Source of the DNA: an uncultured Candidatus Saccharibacteria bacterium
GTDB lineage: Bacteria; Patescibacteriota; Saccharimonadia; Saccharimonadales; SZUA-47
Assembly: GCA_964536485.1 (NCBI GenBank)
Contig: CAZHXX010000001.1
Location: 85,643-149,642, forward strand
Direction of reading: 5' to 3'
DNA: 64,000 nucleotides
Part shown: positions 37,256-45,841 of the stretch, one piece after another
Layout: each line of letters begins with the position of its first letter
Position numbering within the stretch: position 1 is the first letter of the stretch
Translations under genes and position numbers: made by a program
Notes under the pieces: generated by a model
What the model saw: only the letters and a program-made list of their open reading frames with translations
Databases searched by the model: none
What the model was told of the DNA's origin: nothing

Positions 37256-37261
37256 CTCTCG

Positions 37262-38476
37262 CTAACGAAGAGTAATTACTACTTCAGTCGGATCTTCTGG
37301 CTTGTCGCGCTTTGCTTGTCGAGCCAGAGTCTCAACGTTTAGATCGTCATTATTTGCTAGGTTCAGTATAGCAGGGTCAACAGGGGTTGTGCTAGCAGCA
37401 GTATCATCTTGAGGGTCCGTTTGTTGAGGTGTCTGCGTGTTCTGTTGCTGCAGCTCGAGAGCATTTTTCTCCTCCTCTTCAATTTCTGAGAGTGGTCGTA
37501 GTACCTTTTCATGTCCACGGCGACGTTGTTCTCTCTCCTGCTGCTTTTTTTTCTTGACATGCTCTAACAGCTTATCCTCGTCTTCTTTAGCAACTGCAAC
37601 GGTAGGAACGCCCATTCCTAGTGGCACTTGTGCTGTCTCTCCGGGCTTCACTTCGGCAGTACTTTGAAATGCTGTAAGCGCTGGGTCCTTTTTTCGTTCA
37701 GTTTTGTTCAAGAACCAAAGGTCTTGGGGGCTTGAGCTTTGTGGTTTTTGTTTTGGCACTTCAGAGCTGACTTGCACTGGCGGTAGTGTGGGGCCTGCCT
37801 GAATCTCAGCATGATGACGAGCTTGCTGGATCATAGCAAGAGTATCTTGGCGATGTTTCTCGGTCGACTCATCTATGAGGGTGGTAAACTGTTGCGCGAC
37901 AGGACTTCTCTGTTCGTCCATGATGTCTTGTGTATTTTCGACAAGCGCCGTTCTTTCGTTGACTGAAATATTTGGTGTTGCTGTTACTAATCGGTCAGAC
38001 GGTATGGGTGTTGGCTGTGCTACAAAGGGAGTTACTCCCGCCGGCATAACATTTTTGACCGCCCATCCACGAGTATCTACGACAGTTGCAAGTGCTGCAA
38101 ATCTACTCCTAACCTGGTCTTGATTTAAACCATCACTATATATATGCACTTCACGCTTTGGGACTGTTATAGTCACTAGGTCTTTCATGCCAGTCTGGTT
38201 CCAGATGCGCTTCCGTGGCACAAGCATAAAACGAATTCGTGAGGCAAGCCAAATCTCAGTTGGTTGATCTTTGCTCCACGGGAACGCTAGAGCCGTAAAG
38301 AATATAAAGAACGGCAGAAAGACGAAGGATACTGGCCAGATGCCTTTACTGACGGTCAAGAAAATAGCATATCCAGTAATAAGTGACCCTCCACCAAACA
38401 AGAACTGTTTGAAAGTTAAGGGCCCAAAAAATTTATCCTCTGCCTCTACATCTTGAGGAACTTTATGCATCGACAT
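37262..38476 (-). CDS. PrgI-family (VirB3-like) membrane protein with long charged C-terminal extension
   Basis: The N-terminus MSMHKVPQDVEAEDKFFGPLTFKQFLF plus two TM helices matches the PrgI-family signature. The ~290-aa tail includes KKKKQQEREQRRRGHEK. Confidence 0.75.
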   Translation of the reverse strand: MSMHKVPQDVEAEDKFFGPLTFKQFLFGGGSLITGYAIFLTVSKGIWPVSFVFLPFFIFFTALAFPWSKDQPTEIWLASRIRFMLVPRKRIWNQTGMKDLVTITVPKREVHIYSDGLNQDQVRSRFAALATVVDTRGWAVKNVMPAGVTPFVAQPTPIPSDRLVTATPNISVNERTALVENTQDIMDEQRSPVAQQFTTLIDESTEKHRQDTLAMIQQARHHAEIQAGPTLPPVQVSSEVPKQKPQSSSPQDLWFLNKTERKKDPALTAFQSTAEVKPGETAQVPLGMGVPTVAVAKEDEDKLLEHVKKKKQQEREQRRRGHEKVLRPLSEIEEEEKNALELQQQNTQTPQQTDPQDDTAASTTPVDPAILNLANNDDLNVETLARQAKRDKPEDPTEVVITLR

Positions 38477-38542
38477 ACTTCTTAAGTATAAAGCAAAAGA
38501 AGAAAATCTGAAATTTCTATTCTACTACAAGTGGGGGCTAAA

Positions 38543-40108
38543 TTACGGTTTTGGCGGGTTCCAAAAGCGAAGTTTTGTTGGGTTTACCCACGTTTGCTGA
38601 GTATTGCCGTTTCGACCGGTAAATTCAACTAGATAGTGGATGCTCTCGGGGTTAGTAGGGTCAGTGTAGGTGTAGTTGACAAGCCTCCCGTCAGGAATAT
38701 CCGGACCACCGTCAAGCATTCGAACACGTATTTCACCATTTCTTAGTCCCATTTTTGTAGCCTGCTTATCTGCTGGGCTTTCAGCATGAGGTGCATTATT
38801 GTGTTGGTTAGCGTGAACACCATTATTATGGTTTGGTGCCGTTTGTGGTGGGTTCCAAAAGCGAAGTTTAGCAGGGCTAAGCCATGTTTGCTGGGCACTC
38901 CCGTTTCGATCCGTGTACTGGACTAGATAGTGGACGCTATTCTTATCTTTTGGATCTGCAGCAGCCATTTTTACTATTTTACCGTCAGGAATATCCGGAC
39001 CACCATCAAACATCCTTACTCGAATTTGCCCGTTTTTTAAGCCTACTTTATCCGCGAGCTTTTGTTGTTTCGCTGCTACTTTCGTATTCATTGCTTGTTC
39101 TAAAATTTCACGCTTCGCTTGAAGTTTTGCAAAATCCGAGGCTACATCTACAAGCTCCTTAGCTACGCCCTCAGTATAGCTTAAGTATCCTTTTCGAGGG
39201 ATTACTTTAAAAGTTCTTCTGCCATGGACTAAGCCGTGTACTGCGTGATGAGCATGATGCGCTTTTTTAGAATTGCTTTTGTGCAATTTTTTAAACATTG
39301 GGTGATCAACACCCTCCGTAGCTTTTAATGAATCATGCAGTTTTCTGTCGACAATGGATGTGTATCTCCAGCCCGCACCATTAGTTTTTCCATGTCGGAG
39401 TCTATTTAGTTTTTTAGCGACTTTTGCATCTCTTCTACTATCAGGAAGATGATTTGCGCCTAAGGCTCGCTCAATCAGGGTGCTAACTTGAACTGCTTTA
39501 CCTAACGTATCGTCGGAAGAAATTGACTCGGGGTTTGAGTGCTTTTTCTTGAACTTTGTAACAACGCTTTCATGCTTTGCATGGATATGATTACGGTCTC
39601 TCTTCTTGGTATCTGCTACATGAAAAGTAGTAAGCAAATCGGAAAGTGCACTATCAACCTTTGTTTCCTTACCTCGGAGAGCCCAAGCAACTACTGCTCT
39701 CCGCAAACCTAAGAAAGCTTTTGGATTGTAGCTTAATGCTCGTTCTGAAGCTGTGTTGTCCGCCTCCGCAATAGTTGCTTCGATATTTGCCACTCTGTGG
39801 CCATCCATCTCCTCAAGATTAGAAGTTGGGGTATTAATTCCCGCTTGTAATCTTGCGCTTCTGTCTTGCCAGCTTCTTCCAGACCCACTCTCATTAACAC
39901 CAAGGGCGGGCACTAGCCAGTAAGGCGCGGTCCTGTCTTCAGTCGGGTAGAGTCTTGCCCTATCCTCCGGAGAAATCTGTAAAATTGTAGGAGCAAATGC
40001 AGTAATCTCTAAAGATTCAGGACTCCCAGATGGTAGAGTATTTTGCGGATGTGCAGAGTGAGCCGGCATAGTAATAGCTATATTAGCAAAAAATAGCTGT
40101 TTTGTCAA
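38543..40108 (-). CDS. Soluble basic/His-rich orphan protein with duplicated 70-aa C-terminal domain (T4SS operon)
   Basis: 521 aa with no signal peptide or TM. KKAHHAHHAVHGLVHG. Two copies of GL(K/R)NG(Q/E)IRVRM.DGGPDIPDG....DP.....HYLV.(F/Y)T.RNG..QQTW..P.KLRFWNPP. Confidence 0.8.
   Translation of the reverse strand: MTKQLFFANIAITMPAHSAHPQNTLPSGSPESLEITAFAPTILQISPEDRARLYPTEDRTAPYWLVPALGVNESGSGRSWQDRSARLQAGINTPTSNLEEMDGHRVANIEATIAEADNTASERALSYNPKAFLGLRRAVVAWALRGKETKVDSALSDLLTTFHVADTKKRDRNHIHAKHESVVTKFKKKHSNPESISSDDTLGKAVQVSTLIERALGANHLPDSRRDAKVAKKLNRLRHGKTNGAGWRYTSIVDRKLHDSLKATEGVDHPMFKKLHKSNSKKAHHAHHAVHGLVHGRRTFKVIPRKGYLSYTEGVAKELVDVASDFAKLQAKREILEQAMNTKVAAKQQKLADKVGLKNGQIRVRMFDGGPDIPDGKIVKMAAADPKDKNSVHYLVQYTDRNGSAQQTWLSPAKLRFWNPPQTAPNHNNGVHANQHNNAPHAESPADKQATKMGLRNGEIRVRMLDGGPDIPDGRLVNYTYTDPTNPESIHYLVEFTGRNGNTQQTWVNPTKLRFWNPPKP
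38546..39049 (-). repeat. Intragenic duplication: two 210-nt (70-aa) modules (38546-38755 and 38840-39049)
   Basis: The protein modules align over their full length, and both share the 20-nt identity gggttccaaaagcgaagttt at their ends. Confidence 0.85.
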
Positions 40109-40134
40109 TATGCTTGTGCTGTTAGAGAGATGTC

Positions 40135-42897
40135 TTAAGGCCCTGGCACTCCAGGAATCTGGCCTTGCTGTCTGGCCTGGGCTTCTCTTTGATCCATGCC
40201 AAGCTCTCGGTGATACGCGTTAAACTGGGGATCATTTCTAGCAGCTGCGATTTCTTCCTGTATGGTCATTGCCCTTCCTTGAGCATTACCATTCCTATCT
40301 CTATCAACCACTAGAACACGCTCAGTTACGATTGGATTGGCAGTTCCAGTTCTGTAGCTCTCTCTTCTTACTACTTCCGCTTCCTCGGCAGTAACTCTCA
40401 CTCTGGTTCCATTTGGGGCAACCTTATAATGTATTTCCTCTTGTCGAGGAGGAAGTATTCTTTGAGATCCAGTGCTGTCTGGCAGAGAAATTGTCGCAAG
40501 CCTAGAGTTGAATTCATCTTGGTTCTCTGGAGAGAAGTATGGCATCTGATCTTGAGCCGCAGCCAAACGAGCCAGCCCAGCCATATGTGCGTTTCTTGCC
40601 ACTGTGAGGTTTGTTGATGCTGTCCTTAATCTCTCTTGAGCTGCAACATCATTTGGGTTAGCGCTTGCTTCGATTTCAGCATTTTCATATTCTGTCTGAG
40701 CTCGTGTATAGCCACCAGCAGTACGTTGATGTCTTGCAGCCATTCTGGCGGTGAGGTTTTTTACACTTGTTCCATGTGAGCTGAGGACCTGACCAATAGA
40801 TTTGGAGTCAATAACACGATCCATAAGCAGATTATTAACCTCTTCAGCACTCTTTTGTCCATTCCACTGTTTTGTAGCCTCATCGAGCCCTTCGCCATAA
40901 CTGTAGCCCGCAAGGTCAAGTCTGCCAGCACCCTCTGCAGCACTTCTTGCTTGTGCATATAATGTCGCAGCCAACTGCTTATCGCCGTGAGCTGCCTCAA
41001 GTATGGCATCGAACATCTCAGCAGGGCCACCCTTAAAGGATGTTTTAGACCCAGCCATTGCGATAACTGCAGCAGCGTCAAAAGCATGTCCACCGTATTT
41101 TTGCTTAATTTGCATAATTTCACCAGCAATGTTCTTTGCATCATTCTCGTTGTAGCTACCGCCGGCGTCACTCATAAGGTGAGCGACAGCATCTTCAAAG
41201 GTGCCCTCACCCGCCATACCAGCAGCTGCGGCATTGTCGTTTGCAAGGGTTGACATTGCAACCTTGTCGTCCATCAAATGTTTGTATTCTTCTCTAACCT
41301 GATTCGTTTGAGCAGCACGCATTCGAGCCCCCATTCGACTTGGCACGATCCCCGCGTTTTTAATGTTGTACAGATCACTCGTTCTAGAGTTTAGCCTGCT
41401 CCTTAAGCTGTGCGCAGGAGCATTTTTAAATCTGTTTCCGGCTCTCGCATCTTCCCCAAGTTTTTTGCGTCTTTCGCCACGATACTTCCTTTGTCTGTCA
41501 AATAGACCCTTGCTTCTATCATTAACCATGCCGGCAAGATTGCCGAAGGCGCTACCTGCATACTGGAATGCTTTAGGAATGAAGAAAAAGGGTCCTACGT
41601 AAGCGGTAAGCTTTACAAGAATTATGAAGACACCTTCAATACCCGTTGCGCCAAGAGTCCCGGCTATTTTGGCGAAAGCTCTCCCCGTGACAAGAAGCCC
41701 AACAATAAGTGGGTACAGAAACAATAGCTTTGAAAATGTTCCCCACCATAATTTCCACAGCTTGTCGTTGCCAGGGAATATCCATGCCAGAATCGCCAAA
41801 GGAGAGAGAATAATTAAAAATACTATGACAAGCTCTCGAATTGATAACACTACGAATACAACGAGTAGCGCGAGGCTTGCAGTGAAAAAGTAGCTTGCCA
41901 AAATTCCTAGTGAAAGTGCTCCAATAGCAAACAGAGCTACAACGCCCAAAACTCCACCACCGAGTGCTGAAGCACCGTTTACTGCACCAGCGTTAAAGAT
42001 ATCCTGAAGCCTTAAAGACTCTAGCCCGCCGAACGGTTGGGCGATTAGCCCCCCTGCGCCTCTACCTACTCCGTTTGTTATCTCTATTAGTATGCGACAA
42101 ACATCGTATGATAAAGCCATGAATATAATAGCAGCAAACATACGGGGGAGAGAACGCTTTACGGTGTAAGCATCTAAAAAGTTAAACCCAAGAGCTGTGC
42201 CGATTACCATGAATAACATTGCGGGTATAAGTAGCACATAAGCAACGTTCCTTATTCTCGCCCAAGCCTGTTTAAGGTCTGCATCTTGATAGTATTTTGG
42301 TTTTACCTCTAGCGCGCTTCGAATTTGGTAATCGAGCTCTTCAAACATGTCTGTGGCTATACGCAACGCGGGGCATAGAAAGAAAGAAAATTCTCCCCCT
42401 TCATCTTCACAAGACCCTTCTCCTTCAGTAAGGTTACCGGCCGCTCCACTGGCTGAAGCAGCGAAAGTAGTAGAATCGGTCGTATCATTAAACGTACATT
42501 TAGTCACCTGCCAGTCAGCACCCATTCCTTCACAGTCATCCTGAGTTTCCACTTTAAAGACACTTAGGGCCACTTCCCCACCTGTACTTAGAGTACAGCC
42601 ATTTCCAAGACCACCCGATCCGGCACTTCCTATTAATGTGTAGGAGTTATCAGCAGAATCAGCTACTACTACTTTGTCGCCACATTGGAAGTTAGATGAA
42701 ATAAACAACTGCCTATTGTTTGTGTCTGTGAGACCACTGTTGGTGTAGGTTACGCCCTGATAATTTATCTGAGAACCGTCAGGTGTTATGGCTGCTCCGT
42801 TTGCTGCGGAGGCTACCTGTACTGTCGACATTACTGCCCAGCCAAAAAGCAACACAATAAGAGTCAAAGACGATAATATTTTTTTTGGCTTGAACAT
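40135..42897 (-). CDS. VirB6/TrbL-like polytopic channel protein with Cys-containing ectodomain and ~440-aa soluble C-terminal domain
   Basis: 920 aa. Signal peptide (..STVQVASA), a ~150-aa domain with 6 Cys, at least 6 TM helices at roughly residues 215-470, and an Ala/Arg/Gln-rich tail. First gene of the minus-strand operon. Confidence 0.72.
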   Translation of the reverse strand: MFKPKKILSSLTLIVLLFGWAVMSTVQVASAANGAAITPDGSQINYQGVTYTNSGLTDTNNRQLFISSNFQCGDKVVVADSADNSYTLIGSAGSGGLGNGCTLSTGGEVALSVFKVETQDDCEGMGADWQVTKCTFNDTTDSTTFAASASGAAGNLTEGEGSCEDEGGEFSFFLCPALRIATDMFEELDYQIRSALEVKPKYYQDADLKQAWARIRNVAYVLLIPAMLFMVIGTALGFNFLDAYTVKRSLPRMFAAIIFMALSYDVCRILIEITNGVGRGAGGLIAQPFGGLESLRLQDIFNAGAVNGASALGGGVLGVVALFAIGALSLGILASYFFTASLALLVVFVVLSIRELVIVFLIILSPLAILAWIFPGNDKLWKLWWGTFSKLLFLYPLIVGLLVTGRAFAKIAGTLGATGIEGVFIILVKLTAYVGPFFFIPKAFQYAGSAFGNLAGMVNDRSKGLFDRQRKYRGERRKKLGEDARAGNRFKNAPAHSLRSRLNSRTSDLYNIKNAGIVPSRMGARMRAAQTNQVREEYKHLMDDKVAMSTLANDNAAAAGMAGEGTFEDAVAHLMSDAGGSYNENDAKNIAGEIMQIKQKYGGHAFDAAAVIAMAGSKTSFKGGPAEMFDAILEAAHGDKQLAATLYAQARSAAEGAGRLDLAGYSYGEGLDEATKQWNGQKSAEEVNNLLMDRVIDSKSIGQVLSSHGTSVKNLTARMAARHQRTAGGYTRAQTEYENAEIEASANPNDVAAQERLRTASTNLTVARNAHMAGLARLAAAQDQMPYFSPENQDEFNSRLATISLPDSTGSQRILPPRQEEIHYKVAPNGTRVRVTAEEAEVVRRESYRTGTANPIVTERVLVVDRDRNGNAQGRAMTIQEEIAAARNDPQFNAYHRELGMDQREAQARQQGQIPGVPGP

Positions 42898-42990
42898 AGT
42901 ATAAATCTTATCATTATTATACTTCTAAATAAAGTTTACGTAAAGTGATGCAAGATGACTTAAAAGAGCAATTTTGCTACACTACGAGCA

Positions 42991-43572
42991 ATGGACAATA
43001 AACAACAAAACCATACAACTCACCAGGACATTGTTGATGCCCTCTCGGCAGTTCCAGCTCAGGTACCTCCTCAAGGCAAAGGCCCTAAGAAAGGACTCGC
43101 GCCTCTATTAATAAGCATAGGGCTTTTTGTGAGTGCGCTATTTGTTATTGTCGCAGTTTTGCTCCCTGGAGAAACACAAGACAGCACGGATTCAGCAACT
43201 AATACCTTAACTCAAAATAGTATGAGTGTACCGGTTCAGGGGTTTCTTGATAAAGTCGCAGTGCTTAATTTAGAAGAAGCAACACCCTATCTGAATAAAG
43301 AATCACTAATATATCTTCTTGGAGTGACTCAGAAGACGCTCAATAAATTTGCAGGTAGCGAAACTCTTTGGAATACCTGCTCCTTGAGAGAAACTCAACA
43401 GTACAGAACAAGGCAGATTACACAGGATAACAGAGATTATTCGGTAGTATACGTGCCTGTGTTATGTGATACTGAAGCTCTCGGGAAGAAGCAACTAGTA
43501 TTTGATGTGAGAAAATCTGGTGAGGATGATTGGCTAATATATGATATTGTGGCTTATAATTACGAGCAATAA
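42991..43572 (+). CDS. Bitopic membrane protein, candidate VirB8-like (small ectodomain)
   Basis: 193 aa. One TM (LAPLLISIGLFVSALFVIVAVLL) and a ~125-aa ectodomain ending in beta-strand-like KKQLVFDVRKSGEDDWLIYDIV. First gene of the pilin operon. Confidence 0.65.
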   Translation: MDNKQQNHTTHQDIVDALSAVPAQVPPQGKGPKKGLAPLLISIGLFVSALFVIVAVLLPGETQDSTDSATNTLTQNSMSVPVQGFLDKVAVLNLEEATPYLNKESLIYLLGVTQKTLNKFAGSETLWNTCSLRETQQYRTRQITQDNRDYSVVYVPVLCDTEALGKKQLVFDVRKSGEDDWLIYDIVAYNYEQ

Positions 43573-43580
43573 AACAGTTT

Positions 43581-44171
43581 ATGAAAAACAGCAATATGAC
43601 CAAGTTAAAAAATATTTTCTACGCCTCAATCTTCGTTATGTCCGTAGTTTTTGTAGGCTCTTTTGGCAATGTTCCACGTGCGTCAGCTGTTGAGCCGGGA
43701 AATTGCTACAAAAAAAATAACGGACAGCTCGAAAAGATCACTTGTCCTGATGGAGTAAAGCCAAGCCAAACGCAATGCTTTCTATCAGAAGAAGTGTTGA
43801 ATATAAGTGACCTCCTCTTTGTTATTGATTGTGAAACTGGTGAAATGCTTGGGAATGCAAAATCTTCAGGCGGACACGGCAGTAGCTCCGGAGAGCTCGA
43901 GGGTGGGGACTGTAATGATGCTGTTTTAACAGGCGACAACTGCAATATAGTTAAGTATCTCGTAGGAGGCATACAGTTTTTGTCAGCACTTGCAGGTATG
44001 GCTATAGTAGGGTCAATGATGATGGCTGGATATCAATATATGACTGCGAGGGATAATTCCGGCCAGGTTGAGGCAGCTAAAAAACGCATATTGTGGGCTC
44101 TTATAGCTTTGGGTCTCTTTATTTTCATGTTTGCAATACTAAATTGGCTCGTACCTGGAGGAGTTCTGTAG
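43581..44171 (+). CDS. VirB2/TrbC-type T4SS pilin paralog P1 (large 6-Cys head)
   Basis: Signal peptide ..NVPRASA and six Cys. C-terminal hairpin LAGMAIVGSMMMAGYQYMTARDNSGQVEAAKKRILWALIALGLFIFMFAIL. Confidence 0.8.
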   Translation: MKNSNMTKLKNIFYASIFVMSVVFVGSFGNVPRASAVEPGNCYKKNNGQLEKITCPDGVKPSQTQCFLSEEVLNISDLLFVIDCETGEMLGNAKSSGGHGSSSGELEGGDCNDAVLTGDNCNIVKYLVGGIQFLSALAGMAIVGSMMMAGYQYMTARDNSGQVEAAKKRILWALIALGLFIFMFAILNWLVPGGVL

Positions 44172-44618
44172 ATGAATAAAGTTTTTAGATCCATTTCAAA
44201 AAAAATTCTCTTAGTGGTAGTAGTAGCTAACATCTTTGTCGTTGCAAGTCCTGTCTTAAGCTCAGTGAAAGCTGCACCTTGTGATGATTTTAATAAATCA
44301 ATACTTGGCATACCAACATGGTACAAATACTTGGAGGGCGAGAATGGAGATGATGTTGCTGGGAAATGTCGGCCAATTATCGACACAACTAAAGACACGC
44401 TACCTATCGGTCTAGCAGTTCTTGAAGCAGCTCTCACACTCGGAGGAATAGTGGCGGTAGTAATGGTATTTATAGGTGGCTTTAAGTATGTGCTTTCTCA
44501 AGGTGAACCAGATAAGGCTGCTAATGGAAGAAAGACAGTTTTAAATGCTGTTATTGGTCTCGCCATTATTATGCTCGCAACGAGTGTGGTCTCATTTATA
44601 GGAAATAGGTTGGGCTGA
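44172..44618 (+). CDS. VirB2/TrbC-type T4SS pilin paralog P2
   Basis: ATG abuts the P1 TAG. Signal peptide ..LSSVKA and a C-x28-C segment. GGIVAVVMVFIGGFKYVLSQGEPDKAANGRKTVLNAVIGLAIIMLA. Confidence 0.8.
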   Translation: MNKVFRSISKKILLVVVVANIFVVASPVLSSVKAAPCDDFNKSILGIPTWYKYLEGENGDDVAGKCRPIIDTTKDTLPIGLAVLEAALTLGGIVAVVMVFIGGFKYVLSQGEPDKAANGRKTVLNAVIGLAIIMLATSVVSFIGNRLG

Positions 44619-44619
44619 T

Positions 44620-44916
44620 ATGAACACTCTACTCACTATTTTGGCGCAAATATCTATAAACGACGATGACCTAAAACTTTTGCCACACGGAAATGCAGAT
44701 AGCGGTTCAGTGGCTAGCGTACTTGAAATCGCCTTTGCTGCGCTTGGATCTGTAGCTTTTATCATCATAGTTGTAGCAGGCATGAAGTTTGTTTTAAGCC
44801 GGGGCAATCCCGATGCTGTTGCAAAAGCTAGGAATACTATTGTCTATGCTGCCGTAGGACTAGTTATTTGTATGCTGTCTTTCGCAATAGTGCGTTTTGT
44901 CGTGAGGGGGCTCTAA
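44620..44916 (+). CDS. VirB2/TrbC-type T4SS pilin paralog P3 (no signal peptide, no Cys loop)
   Basis: 98 aa. LGSVAFIIIVVAGMKFVLSRGNPDAVAKARNTIVYAAVGLVICMLSFAIVRFVV. Confidence 0.78.
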   Translation: MNTLLTILAQISINDDDLKLLPHGNADSGSVASVLEIAFAALGSVAFIIIVVAGMKFVLSRGNPDAVAKARNTIVYAAVGLVICMLSFAIVRFVVRGL

Positions 44917-45299
44917 TGAAGCAACTTTTGTTTGGCGTTCTTTTGTTCTTAAGTTTTTTTTCACTTACGGCAAAAACTATTGCTGCATTTGATCCGCTAG
45001 AAGTTGCCTGTAGCGGTAATGGAGGCGAATCTGTAGCCTGCACAGAAAGTCAGTCAGGACAGACGGGCGAAAACCCCGTCACTGGTACTACTCAAAAGGT
45101 CGTTAACATCGTTTCTGTTGCAATAGGGGCGGGAGCCGTTATAGTAATAATCGTTGCGGGTATTACAATGACCCTGTCACAGGGTGATTCTGGGAAGATT
45201 AAGTCTTCACGGGACACAATAATTTACGCTGCGGTAGGCTTGGTAGTGACCGGGCTTGCGAGAGCAATAGTCATGTTTATTTTAAATAGCACCCGTTAA
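44916..45299 (+). CDS. VirB2/TrbC-type T4SS pilin paralog P4
   Basis: ATG 44916 overlaps the P3 stop (TAATG). Signal peptide ..AKTIAA and C-x9-C. GAGAVIVIIVAGITMTLSQGDSGKIKSSRDTIIYAAVGLVVTGLA. Confidence 0.78.
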   Translation: MKQLLFGVLLFLSFFSLTAKTIAAFDPLEVACSGNGGESVACTESQSGQTGENPVTGTTQKVVNIVSVAIGAGAVIVIIVAGITMTLSQGDSGKIKSSRDTIIYAAVGLVVTGLARAIVMFILNSTR

Positions 45300-45308
45300 A
45301 GGAGTTTC

Positions 45309-45758
45309 ATGATGAGAATAAGCCTAAGAAAATTAATAATCGTCGCAGTTGCACTACTTGGACTTTCCTCGTTATCTTTGTATCGGCTTAACGGTACTGC
45401 TTCAGCTGCTACAGCGCAAGACCAGATCTGTGCTGGACTCGGCGCTACTGATGGTGGGGACGGTTGTTCTGACAGCAGTGGATCAACTTCCCTGTCAGAT
45501 ACAGTTGCTGCTGCAATAAATATCATGTCCGTTGTAGTTGGAGCAATCGCGGTCATTATGATCGTAGTAGGTGGGCTTAAGTATGTCTCTTCTCAGGGGG
45601 ACTCTTCTGGCGTTGCTAGCGCAAAGAACACCATAGTTTACGCTCTAGTGGGCATCATTATAGTCGTGCTTGCACAAGTTATGGTGCGGTTTGTTATCAC
45701 GAGAGCAACAACCGCTAGTCAGGATCGTAATACCGCTCCACGAAGCAGGCCAAATTAA
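45309..45758 (+). CDS. VirB2/TrbC-type T4SS pilin paralog P5
   Basis: AAAGGAG SD. Signal peptide ..NGTASA and C-x11-C. VGAIAVIMIVVGGLKYVSSQGDSSGVASAKNTIVYALVGIIIVVLAQVMVRFVI. Confidence 0.8.
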   Translation: MMRISLRKLIIVAVALLGLSSLSLYRLNGTASAATAQDQICAGLGATDGGDGCSDSSGSTSLSDTVAAAINIMSVVVGAIAVIMIVVGGLKYVSSQGDSSGVASAKNTIVYALVGIIIVVLAQVMVRFVITRATTASQDRNTAPRSRPN

Positions 45759-45783
45759 AGCATATTCAGGATTTGCTCTAAGC

Positions 45784-45812
45784 TTGCTCTTGATGTCAGC
45801 TTATGGTATAAA
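45784..45812 (+). promoter_or_regulatory. Sigma70-type promoter candidate for pilin P6
   Basis: TTGCTC (45784-45789), 17-nt spacer, TATAAA (45807-45812) with an upstream TGg (extended -10). 29 nt upstream of ATG 45842. Confidence 0.4.
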
Positions 45813-45841
45813 GAAAGTAACAAGTAAAAAGGAATAAAAGA

